Of a stretch of DNA of 64,000 nt, positions 39,213 to 48,258 are shown in pieces. How positions within the stretch are numbered: position 1 is the stretch's first letter; the number at the start of each line of letters is the position of its first letter. Below the pieces are notes generated by a model. The model was not told where the DNA came from and made no database searches. It was given only the letters and a program-made list of their open reading frames with translations. Both the position numbers and the translations under genes were made by a program. The DNA lies in the NCBI GenBank assembly GCA_965279515.1, contig CBDIID010000003.1:1056001-1120000 (forward strand), given 5' to 3'. This stretch comes from Turneriella sp. (lineage in GTDB: Bacteria; Spirochaetota; Leptospiria; Turneriellales; Turneriellaceae).

Positions 39213-40329
39213 CGTTCTGCATCGCCTGATGCGCCTTTTCATGGAACATAAAACCGATGTGCTGCCAGTGATCGAGCGCGGCCGCATCGTCGGTGAGATC
39301 GACCGCCTTGCGATCATGGAAGCGCTCAGCGAGATCAGGCCCGAAGGTTACATGCTCGAGATCAAACCGCCGGGCTCTGCCGACGATTTTCTGCGGCGCC
39401 TCGACGCTGCGGGCGCCGACACGCTCGCTACCATCAACCGCAATTTTGAATTCAACGCGCTCTGGGGCCGCGCAGAAATTTTACAGGCGCAGGGTAAGAT
39501 TCCGCAGGTGAAAATCTGGACACCACAGACGGAACAACGCCGCGCAGAATCTGAGATGCCCGCGCCGGAGACGCAGCCGGCCCTGCGCAGCGCGCCTGCC
39601 GTTGCCTTGCGCGACGTGGAAGAACCGACCGGTTCTACTTTCACGATTGTCCGCGAAGCACCGAAGCCAACACCCATAGAAGCTGCCCCGCCTGCCCGCG
39701 TCGAAACCCGTCCCGTGGCAGAAAACCTGCACCGCGAAATTGAACGCGGCCGTCTGGCGATCAACACGCTTGCGGCTCTCGACCTGCCGCTCATGGCCTG
39801 CGACGGTGTCGGCAGCGAGATTTTTCATAACCGCGCCTTTGCGGAGATACGCATGCGCGACGCGATCAACCTCAAAAGCGAAGATCTCGTGCTACGGGCC
39901 AAAGATGCCATCACCGAAAGCGCGCTGAAGGGCGAACTCGACATCGAGAAGGCCGTGAAGATCAAAGCCGGCCCGCGCGGCTATGATGTGCTCTGTAAGG
40001 CCATCCGTAATTTTGACGACCCGACCTCGCGTGCCGTCGGCTACATATTCTGGCTGATCCCCCACGTGCTGCCAGGACCGCAGTTATACACCACGGACTC
40101 AGCGACCGGCGACTATGCCGGTAAAACCCTGCCTGAAATTCTTGCCGCCGAAGAATCGAAGGCGATGGCATGGGCGATGCGCGAGGCTGACGGCAATCAA
40201 TCCGACGCGGCACTATTGCTTGGCATACCGCGGCAGACATTCAACTACCGTTACCGCAAGCTCATGCGCGGGAGGCCCGTGCGCGAGCAGCAACCTAAAA
40301 TAAAAAAGGAAAAAAGTACCGGTGAGTAA
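39178..40329 (+). CDS. CBS-like domain protein with C-terminal Fis-type HTH
   Basis: LPVIE.GRIVG.I (CBS); GNQSDAALLLGIPRQTFNYR (HTH_8). Start uncertain. Confidence 0.72.
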   Translation: MAASDQSHLGVDVLHRLMRLFMEHKTDVLPVIERGRIVGEIDRLAIMEALSEIRPEGYMLEIKPPGSADDFLRRLDAAGADTLATINRNFEFNALWGRAEILQAQGKIPQVKIWTPQTEQRRAESEMPAPETQPALRSAPAVALRDVEEPTGSTFTIVREAPKPTPIEAAPPARVETRPVAENLHREIERGRLAINTLAALDLPLMACDGVGSEIFHNRAFAEIRMRDAINLKSEDLVLRAKDAITESALKGELDIEKAVKIKAGPRGYDVLCKAIRNFDDPTSRAVGYIFWLIPHVLPGPQLYTTDSATGDYAGKTLPEILAAEESKAMAWAMREADGNQSDAALLLGIPRQTFNYRYRKLMRGRPVREQQPKIKKEKSTGE

Positions 40330-40334
40330 TACAC

Positions 40335-41279
40335 ATGCCCGCACCTGAAGAAAAGAAAAAATTCCCGCTGAAAAAGCGCATTTCACATGTGCTGGAATTC
40401 GGATTTACCATGTTATTCTTTGGCATCATTAATTTATTTCCGTTTTCTGCGTTGCATTCGGTGTCCAGATTCTTCCGCATTCTGCTATCGCCGTTTTTGA
40501 ACTCGGCGCGCCGCCGCATCCGTGCCCACGTCGCAGAGACGCTGAAAATTACTGACGAGAAGGAACTGAAGCGCTTCGTAAACAACAACCTCGACAACAC
40601 AATCCGCAGCTTTTTCGAATTGATGCAGGCGTGGAAGATGAAAAATAAAAAATTCATCGCCAAGTACGTCGAGTTCGGCGAAGATTCCCTCGAAATAGCC
40701 AACGACCGCACACAAGGTGTCGTGTTCGCTGAAGGCCATTTCGGCAATTGGGAGATCCCCATTCCGGCGTACGCCTCGATCGGCTTCAAGGTTTTTTTCT
40801 CCGCGCAGAAATTGTCGAATCCTTATGTCGACGCCTGGACACACCGTACCCGTATCGGCTATGGCGGCGGCGGCCCTATTTACCTCAGAGAGGCTGAAAA
40901 ATTTATTCCACTCTTGCGCCGCAAAGAACCGCTGGGCCTTGTTTCTGACCAGGATGCGGGACACGACGGTATTTTCGTAAATTTCATGGGGCGCATGGCG
41001 GCTACGCATACCGGACCGGCTTTGCTCGCCTACCTGGGCAAGGCCAAACTTGCTGTCGGCTTCTGCGTGCACCAGGGTAAGGGCAGGTACAAGTTTTATT
41101 CACGCATTCTCTACCGTTTCAAAAATAAATCCGACTTCGCTTCATCGTCTGAGGCAGCGGAAAAACTGACAAAACTCTGGGTGGGTGAGCTCGAAAAAGA
41201 GATTCGCAAGTATCCCGAGCAGTATTTCTGGGTACACCGCCGCTGGAAAACGCGGCCACCCGAAGAGCAGGCAGGCTGA
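40335..41279 (+). CDS. Lipid A late acyltransferase (LpxL/HtrB family)
   Basis: GHFGNWE, DQD, FVNFMG, LE..IR.YPEQYFWVHRRWK. Confidence 0.92.
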   Translation: MPAPEEKKKFPLKKRISHVLEFGFTMLFFGIINLFPFSALHSVSRFFRILLSPFLNSARRRIRAHVAETLKITDEKELKRFVNNNLDNTIRSFFELMQAWKMKNKKFIAKYVEFGEDSLEIANDRTQGVVFAEGHFGNWEIPIPAYASIGFKVFFSAQKLSNPYVDAWTHRTRIGYGGGGPIYLREAEKFIPLLRRKEPLGLVSDQDAGHDGIFVNFMGRMAATHTGPALLAYLGKAKLAVGFCVHQGKGRYKFYSRILYRFKNKSDFASSSEAAEKLTKLWVGELEKEIRKYPEQYFWVHRRWKTRPPEEQAG

Positions 41280-42466
41280 TGTTCGGATACCTGTTCGCGC
41301 GCCTTTGGAAAAACCGCCTTTCCCGGCTGCTCTTTATCGGCGCCATTCTCTTTATTACCTTTGGTCTCATCTATAATGCACGCCAGGGCCTCTATCTCTC
41401 CCTTTCGCGTACATTTTCATCGCCTGACTGGAGCGACGTTGCCATGCATAGCGCGCGGCCGTTTGCGTTTGAAGAAAATGAATCCAAAGCCCAGAGCCTG
41501 ACTGAAACCGCGTGGAAAGAAATCCATGCGCTTGCGGTCAAAAAACTCGGCATCAAAGACGCGAAAGAAACGATTGCGCGGACTGTTACGCGGCGCCCCT
41601 ATTCAACCTTTCTCTACAAGAGCGCGGAAGAAAATATTTTCACGTTCTTTAATGCGCTGCAGGGAAATTGCGGTCACCTGATGACAGATCTTTCGATTAC
41701 CGAACGCGTCAATACCGTAGCTGATTTGGCGCGCGAGAACTCCGCCAGCGGCAAAATGCGCAAGGCAGAGAATCAGCACATTAAAGACCTGCTGAAAATC
41801 CATGCGACCTACGTCGAAGCAGCGCTGCAGAAAAAACCGGACTTTGTGCCGGCGATAGAACTCAGCGAAGAGGTCTTTCGCGCCTCATGCTCGGTTCGTG
41901 AAATCGCCCCGTTAATCGCGCGCGCCCTCGATTACCGCGAATACGCACTACAGAAACAGATTTTTAATGCCGACAGCGGGCGGCTCTATGAAAAAAATCC
42001 CGAGCTCTTCCACGTCAAAAGTACCGAAGCGTTTGCGAAAGACCCGGCATACCGCGAACTCTTTATCCGCTACTTCGAAACCACGAAATACCGCACGCCG
42101 TACGACCCGGCACAATTAAAAAATGTCCGGAACGCGTATAACACCCTGCAAAATCCGAAAACGCTGGAGACACTGATTGCTGCTCTTCTCGCCGAAGCGC
42201 AAAACAGCACGCCGCTGATCGCCAAAAAATGTCATTTCGAACTCTTTGCACTCGACTATCCCGGCATCACTGAGCGCCAGGATTATCTCTATGCGCTTGC
42301 TGAAACCGCCGTGCGCGGTGAAGAGTTCGGCCGCGCGGCAAACATTGTCGCCAACGCTCTGAAATCGCCTTATATTAAGAGCGAAACGACGCAGAAAGAT
42401 TTTGAGCGCCTGCGCTTTCATCTGAATCTCATAAGCTATGAAAGCGAAAATCTATCTCGATTTTAA
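41279..42466 (+). CDS. Hypothetical membrane-anchored helical protein
   Basis: 395-aa ORF with an N-terminal TM; overlaps both neighbours. Confidence 0.7.
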   Translation: MFGYLFARLWKNRLSRLLFIGAILFITFGLIYNARQGLYLSLSRTFSSPDWSDVAMHSARPFAFEENESKAQSLTETAWKEIHALAVKKLGIKDAKETIARTVTRRPYSTFLYKSAEENIFTFFNALQGNCGHLMTDLSITERVNTVADLARENSASGKMRKAENQHIKDLLKIHATYVEAALQKKPDFVPAIELSEEVFRASCSVREIAPLIARALDYREYALQKQIFNADSGRLYEKNPELFHVKSTEAFAKDPAYRELFIRYFETTKYRTPYDPAQLKNVRNAYNTLQNPKTLETLIAALLAEAQNSTPLIAKKCHFELFALDYPGITERQDYLYALAETAVRGEEFGRAANIVANALKSPYIKSETTQKDFERLRFHLNLISYESENLSRF

Positions 42467-43619
42467 TTCGACACACCCGCCCAACGAAGCCGCGCTGAAA
42501 TTGGCGCGGGATTTTTATTTCACGCACTTCGCCAACTCGTCCGGGTTATCGCTGGAATCTCAGGCAGTGAATAAACGTATCGAAGAGGCGCGGGAAGACA
42601 TCGCCTGCCTGTTTTCGGTAGAGCCACGGCAGATCGTCTTCACATCCTGCGCGACGGAATCAAACAACCTGCTCATCCGTGAATTCCATGCGAAGCGCAG
42701 AAATAAAAACTTTCGCGTCCTGAGTTCGCCCTTTGAACACCCTTCTGTCGCGGAATGCCTGAAACAATTGCCCGACACTGAAATTGTTTATCTTAGCTCA
42801 GATAAAACGGGAAAAACTGAGGTTCCGGACATCACGGAAACCAGCGAGGGAGATTTTGACCTCATCACGATGATGGCGGTGCAGAATGAGAGCGGCGTTG
42901 TGCTCCCGTTAAGCGAGCTCATCGCGTCGCTCCCCGAAAACCATCCCCCTGTGCTTGCGGATTTTTCACAGGCATTGCCAAAACTCGCAGCGGATGCTCC
43001 CGAAGCATTGCGGCCGGAATTCATCGCTGCGCTGGCGCGCAGGAATATTTTTCTGACAGCCACGGGGCACAAGGTCGGGGCAGGCTTCGGTGCGGGACTC
43101 ATCGTTACCCCGCCAGGCGGTGGTGTGCTGCGTGAGACGGCATTGCTCGCTGGCGGTAATCAGGAGTTCGGCCTGCGCGCCGGAAGCCACAATATTGAGG
43201 CAATTATTGCTTTTGCTGAAGCGCTGAAGCATAAGCTCGGCGCAAACCGCTATGGAAAGTGGCAGGAAGTTACCGCCCGCTTTGAGAATCTTCTCATGAC
43301 AGCGATTCGGCCGCTTCTGCCTCTATCGGTCATCGGCGATGCGCCGGCCGGGCGGGCGCCGGGAACAACGCTTTTGCTTTTGCCGGGCATCCCCATTGAT
43401 TTTCTCATTATGGCGCTGGATAAGGAAGGAATAACGGTCTCCACCGGTACCTCGTGTAAGTCGCGTTCGCGCTCGCCTTCGGCGGCGCTTTTGGCAATGG
43501 GCTATGGCGAGGCTGATGCCCTGAGCGTTGTGCGGTTCTCATACGACCAGAATCTTTCTGGTGCAGAAATGGAAAGCGTGGCCCAGGCGCTGGCCTCCGC
43601 TATTCAAAAGCTCGCCTGA
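42438..43619 (+). CDS. Cysteine desulfurase (IscS/NifS group I)
   Basis: IYLDFNST, FTSCATESNN, EHPSV, NESGV, GHK (PLP Lys), GGNQE.GLRAGS.N, VSTGTSC, VRFS. Confidence 0.88.
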   Translation: MKAKIYLDFNSTHPPNEAALKLARDFYFTHFANSSGLSLESQAVNKRIEEAREDIACLFSVEPRQIVFTSCATESNNLLIREFHAKRRNKNFRVLSSPFEHPSVAECLKQLPDTEIVYLSSDKTGKTEVPDITETSEGDFDLITMMAVQNESGVVLPLSELIASLPENHPPVLADFSQALPKLAADAPEALRPEFIAALARRNIFLTATGHKVGAGFGAGLIVTPPGGGVLRETALLAGGNQEFGLRAGSHNIEAIIAFAEALKHKLGANRYGKWQEVTARFENLLMTAIRPLLPLSVIGDAPAGRAPGTTLLLLPGIPIDFLIMALDKEGITVSTGTSCKSRSRSPSAALLAMGYGEADALSVVRFSYDQNLSGAEMESVAQALASAIQKLA

Positions 43620-43670
43620 GATCAGGCGATCTCTGATTGTCAGTATGTCGCGGCGCGGCATTTTATCTTT

Positions 43671-45623
43671 ATGCGCCTTACCGTCCTGTTATTGCTCACC
43701 ACACTCATCGCCTGCGCTTCAGGCCCCGAAAAGGGACCTACCCCGGTGTTTGCTGACCTGATTGCAAACGCCACTGAGCTGCGCGAGAAAGGCAATACGG
43801 AAAAAGCACAGTATCAGAATCTCGTGGACGCCCTCGCGCGCATCAAAAAAGAAAATCCGCAATACAAAAGCGACGGCGGTAACACAAAGCTCGCTGCGGA
43901 TTTCATGACGAAATTCCCCGCCGTTTCGTGCGAACTGACAGTCACCGAACCGGATGAAAAATATTTCACCGTGACCGGTTTTGCCTCACCGCTGGTTCTC
44001 ACGGCGACTTGTCCCGTGGCTGCTCCCTTTACCTTTGAAGCCGACAGCCCCGACATCGCGCTCGCTCCCGAGGGTTTTGTTTATGCCGCCGGCAAAATGA
44101 CGGCGAAGATCCGCGTAAACTCTGCCACGACGGAACGCAAACGGAACAAGCTGCGTTTCTCGGCGCGCTATTATGCGGCCGATTTTCTCGCGGGCCTGCG
44201 CGCCGATTTTGACAGCGTCGAAACCAGCATCATTGCCCTCAACCCCGTGGAATATACAATCGCGAGCACACCGCTGGCGTCTCCCGATTCATACGATGCG
44301 GTGCGCCGCCGTTTCCGCAAAGCTGAGTACACCAGCTCGGCCGAGGCGGGAGGTTTAGGGAGCGAGGTCGCGCTTTCGGAAACCGGTCAGTTTACCATTG
44401 GCGGCACACATTCCGGAAAAAAATTCGATCTCACATACGGGCATCCCAATGGCACATTGCCCGACGGTATCGGCACCTCATTCACGACCGTGCGCGTGGA
44501 CGGCACCGATTACCGTTTCGAAGAGCAGCGCTCGAAACGCATGAAGGCTGACGACGGCGCCCTGGTCTGCGAGGCAAAGATCGCCAAGACGGGTATTACG
44601 GTGATCCAGACTCTGAAGCCCGAAGAAGATAAAGACCGCATCCGCACACGCATTAGTTATACGATCAAAAATAATTCCAAAAAGACACACAAGGTGGGCA
44701 TCCGCCTGATATTAGACACCTGGGCGGGAGCCAACGACGGCGTGCCGTTTCTGTTGCCGACCGGCGACACAAAACAACTCTACCGCAGCGAAGTCGAATT
44801 CACACCCAGCGCAGCGGTGATGTGGCAGATCTATGATACAGAGCGTGCAAAGGTCGGTAAGAATCTCGCGGTCGAACCCGCATTGCAGAACATTCTAATC
44901 GGTAAAGATCTTGTGCCGCCTGACCGCGTGGCGCTCGCTAACTGGCCGAATGCCGTCACGTCCCTGTGGGATTACGCCGTCTCTGGTGACCGCCGCATCA
45001 CCGGAGATTCGGCTGTCATTCTCTGGTGGCATCCCGCCGAAATTAAAGCAGGCTCGTCGCAGCTCATTGCCACGGAACTCGGCGCCTTCGCCGATAAGCG
45101 TGAGCCCGCGGTTTTTGTGACGAACCCGGATTCCGGCGATCTCCTGGTTTATCTCTGGCATTTCAACGCGGGCGACAAAGCCGAGCAGATTTCATACACC
45201 GTGCGCGCTGTGAACGGTAGCTTTACATACAATGTCGAGAAAGACACGGCCGAGCTGCAGCCGGGCGAGGCCTTCATCAAGGCGAATCCGGCGCAGATTC
45301 TCGCAGAAGGCACATCGACCGTCATTATCAGCGAAACCGTGAACGGTGCGACCAAAGAGTACAAATTTCCTATCGACAATCTCAAGATGTGGAAAAAATT
45401 CCGCGGTGCCCCGCTCGCCGAGCCGGCCAAACCCTTCCCGGTAAGTTATTTCGACGAACGCGATCTCGCACTCAAGGCCCGGCTGAAAAATGCCGGTGGC
45501 AAAGTGCTGCAGTCGATCAGCCTCGACAAAAAAGCCATCGACGGCGGATTTCAGTATACGGGAAATTTTGAAATTCCGTCCGACGCGGCTGCAGGCCGCT
45601 ACACGGTTGAGGTGGTAAAATGA
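43671..45623 (+). CDS. Large multidomain beta-rich lipoprotein
   Basis: Lipobox LIAC; central Y.IKN......VG.RL.LDT..G.NDG.PF motif; Ig-like C-terminus GRYTVEV. Confidence 0.7.
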   Translation: MRLTVLLLLTTLIACASGPEKGPTPVFADLIANATELREKGNTEKAQYQNLVDALARIKKENPQYKSDGGNTKLAADFMTKFPAVSCELTVTEPDEKYFTVTGFASPLVLTATCPVAAPFTFEADSPDIALAPEGFVYAAGKMTAKIRVNSATTERKRNKLRFSARYYAADFLAGLRADFDSVETSIIALNPVEYTIASTPLASPDSYDAVRRRFRKAEYTSSAEAGGLGSEVALSETGQFTIGGTHSGKKFDLTYGHPNGTLPDGIGTSFTTVRVDGTDYRFEEQRSKRMKADDGALVCEAKIAKTGITVIQTLKPEEDKDRIRTRISYTIKNNSKKTHKVGIRLILDTWAGANDGVPFLLPTGDTKQLYRSEVEFTPSAAVMWQIYDTERAKVGKNLAVEPALQNILIGKDLVPPDRVALANWPNAVTSLWDYAVSGDRRITGDSAVILWWHPAEIKAGSSQLIATELGAFADKREPAVFVTNPDSGDLLVYLWHFNAGDKAEQISYTVRAVNGSFTYNVEKDTAELQPGEAFIKANPAQILAEGTSTVIISETVNGATKEYKFPIDNLKMWKKFRGAPLAEPAKPFPVSYFDERDLALKARLKNAGGKVLQSISLDKKAIDGGFQYTGNFEIPSDAAAGRYTVEVVK

Positions 45624-46132
45624 AACAATTCACTGCGATCAGTCTCATGACGCTGGCGGCGCTGGGCCGGGGGATGCATGCTGAAGAAATACTCTCTACC
45701 CGCCCCGTCGTCATCTCGCCTAAACGCATCGAAACCGAAACCACGATTCCGGGTAAAGCCGCGAAAAGAACGGTAAAAACTGAGCCTAAAGAAGAACCTG
45801 CGGCGCCTGAAGCCGAAGAGAAAGAAACCGGCGTCACCATTGATGACAAAAGCGTCGTCCTGAAAATTTCATTCAAACCGGGTTCGATTCAGCTGTCAAA
45901 ACCGATTCGTAAACAGCTGATCGCGCTGGGCCTGAAGCCCGGTCAGAAAATACGCATCACCGGCTTTGGCGAAAGCAAGGGAAAAAAAGCCGCGCGGCTT
46001 GCAAACCTGCGTGCGCGCGTGGTCGCTTCGTTCCTGAATGAAGCCGTCGGCGAGATCCATACCAACCTGCAGTGGAGCGCTCAACCCCTGTCGGCTTATC
46101 CCGAAGGTGCGGTGATCGAGACGGTGAACTAA
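45620..46132 (+). CDS. OmpA-C-like exported protein
   Basis: ISF.PGS..L, I.ITGF, LA.LRA..VA.FL; ATGA overlap with the upstream gene. Confidence 0.6.
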   Translation: MKQFTAISLMTLAALGRGMHAEEILSTRPVVISPKRIETETTIPGKAAKRTVKTEPKEEPAAPEAEEKETGVTIDDKSVVLKISFKPGSIQLSKPIRKQLIALGLKPGQKIRITGFGESKGKKAARLANLRARVVASFLNEAVGEIHTNLQWSAQPLSAYPEGAVIETVN

Positions 46133-46134
46133 TT

Positions 46135-48252
46135 ATGCATATCTTTGCATCCATCGTTTTCAACCTGATGATCGCCACGGCGGCCTATGCCGCGCTCATG
46201 GCTATCCTGCATCTCGTCCGGCAAAAAAAGGCGCTGCTGACCCCGGCTACTTCACAGGGCATCTTCCTTTCCCATGCGCGCTCGGCCCTGGAACTACACC
46301 TGATTGCTGTTTCGATCTGCGTGGCGCTGCTGCTCTACATGCTGGTCTCCGCCGATTTCTCGATCGTCTATGTCGCCGAGCACGTCAACCTGCAGCTGCC
46401 GGTATTTTACCGCCTGACCTCGCTTTGGGCAGGCCAGGCAGGCTCGATGCTGTGGTGGAATTTTCTCGTGGTCTTGTTCTCTTATCTGGCGGTGCGGCAT
46501 ATGCGCAAAGCCGAGGCGGCGCTTGAGCCGTATATGATCGCCATCCTGATGACGACATCGTTGTTCTTTACGGCGATCGGCTGTTTTTCACCGACCTCAG
46601 ATCCCTTCCGTGTTTTCCAGGAAGGTGAAAAACTTTTTGCGCATCCCGAAGGCCGGGGATTAAACCCACTGCTGCAGCATTGGGCGATGATTATCCATCC
46701 GCCGATCCTGTACCTGGGTTACGTTTCATTCGCAGTCCCCTTCGCCATCGCGATGTCTGCACTACTCCACGGCAACCCTTCTCTCTCCTGGGTCAAATAT
46801 GTGCGCCGCTGGACGATCTTCAGCTGGTTCTTTTTGGGCACAGGAATTCTGCTCGGCGGTAAATGGGCCTATGAAGAACTCGGCTGGGGCGGCTACTGGG
46901 CGTGGGACCCCGTTGAAAACGCCTCGCTCATGCCCTGGCTTACGGCAACGGCATTTCTGCACTCGATCATTGTGCAGGAACGCCGCGGCATGCTCAAGGT
47001 CTGGAACATGGTCCTGGTCTCGATATCTTTCGTTATGACCATCGTTGGCACCGCGCTCACGCGCTCGGGCGTGGTGCAGTCGGTGCATGCATTTGCGCAG
47101 TCAAATTTGGGCTGGTTCTTTTTGGGATTTATCGTGCTGACGATGATCTTCTGCACTGTGGTGATTATCCGCCGCTTTGATATGTTAAAATCTTCCGCGC
47201 CGATTGAATCGCTGCTCAGCCGCGAAGTGGGTTTCCTCTTTAACAACGTGCTGCTGCTGGCGTCGCTCTTTATCGTTTTTTTCGGCACCATGTACCCGAC
47301 ACTCAGCGAATGGATCTCAGGCCACCGCGAGTCGGTGACTGCCGAATGGTTCAATAAGTTTATGGCGCCGATGGGCATTTTGATTCTTTTCCTCACAGGT
47401 TTGGGTCCGCTGCTCGCCTGGCGTAGTACCACAATCTCTGCGCTGATGAAGAATGCCCGCATTCCGGCGCTTGCCGGTTTCGCCGTAGCGGCATTCGCAT
47501 TCTTTATCGTTGGTGGCTTTTCCGCAGACTGGAACTCCTCCCGTATTATGGCCATCGTCACTTTCGGCGTAGCCGCCTTTGTTATCGCCGGTGTTTTTGA
47601 AGAATGGCTCACCGCCGCGTTCGCGCGCCGGAACTATTCACGCGAAAATATTCCACTCGCGATGCTGCTCGTGCTGTTCCAGAACAAACGCCGCTTTTTG
47701 GGCTACATGGTGCACATCGCGCTCGCCATACTGTTTTCCGGTTTTTCAGGCCTCGCCTTCGGCACCGAAGGACGACTCATCGTGCGGCCCGGCGAAGCGC
47801 AGGCATTTGCCGGGTATACGATCCACGTAGAGAACTACGAAGAAAAGGCGATGCCCGAAAACGCCCGCGTACCGCTCTATGGCACTCGTATTGTCACCCT
47901 GGGCATTTACCGCGACAACAAACTCATCGGCCGCGACACCACGGAAATCCGCACATACCCGATGTATAATTTCCGCGAAGGGAAATTTTCCGACTCGCAG
48001 AACACCTCTGAACCGGCGATTATTTCGACGCCGCTCACCGATGTCTACCTGCAACTCGGCGGCGACGAAAAAGGCCGGCTGGTGATGCAGGTTTGGATTA
48101 ACCCCCTGGTGCGCTGGGTTTGGGCCGGTTTCGCATTCTTTGTTGCTATGGGCCTGCTGCTGTTATTACCCATCGGCGAGAAAAAATTTCTGGGTTTCGG
48201 CGCCTTCCGCTGGTCGATTACCCCCGTAAATCAGGCCCCAAAATTGCTGTAA
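46135..48252 (+). CDS. ccmF: Cytochrome c heme lyase CcmF/NrfE
   Basis: LWAGQAGS.L.W, GLNPLLQ, IHPP.LY.GY, WAYEELGWGGYWAWDPVENAS, TRSG...SVHAFA, INPLV.WVW. Confidence 0.95.
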   Translation: MHIFASIVFNLMIATAAYAALMAILHLVRQKKALLTPATSQGIFLSHARSALELHLIAVSICVALLLYMLVSADFSIVYVAEHVNLQLPVFYRLTSLWAGQAGSMLWWNFLVVLFSYLAVRHMRKAEAALEPYMIAILMTTSLFFTAIGCFSPTSDPFRVFQEGEKLFAHPEGRGLNPLLQHWAMIIHPPILYLGYVSFAVPFAIAMSALLHGNPSLSWVKYVRRWTIFSWFFLGTGILLGGKWAYEELGWGGYWAWDPVENASLMPWLTATAFLHSIIVQERRGMLKVWNMVLVSISFVMTIVGTALTRSGVVQSVHAFAQSNLGWFFLGFIVLTMIFCTVVIIRRFDMLKSSAPIESLLSREVGFLFNNVLLLASLFIVFFGTMYPTLSEWISGHRESVTAEWFNKFMAPMGILILFLTGLGPLLAWRSTTISALMKNARIPALAGFAVAAFAFFIVGGFSADWNSSRIMAIVTFGVAAFVIAGVFEEWLTAAFARRNYSRENIPLAMLLVLFQNKRRFLGYMVHIALAILFSGFSGLAFGTEGRLIVRPGEAQAFAGYTIHVENYEEKAMPENARVPLYGTRIVTLGIYRDNKLIGRDTTEIRTYPMYNFREGKFSDSQNTSEPAIISTPLTDVYLQLGGDEKGRLVMQVWINPLVRWVWAGFAFFVAMGLLLLLPIGEKKFLGFGAFRWSITPVNQAPKLL

Positions 48253-48258
48253 AATGGC

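Noticed and set aside
39599..39622. ALRDVEE here and PKLNHVEG in purL (8786-8808) as decayed CTGAGCGnAGTCGAAG repeats
   Set aside because: Too many mismatches to distinguish from chance by eye.
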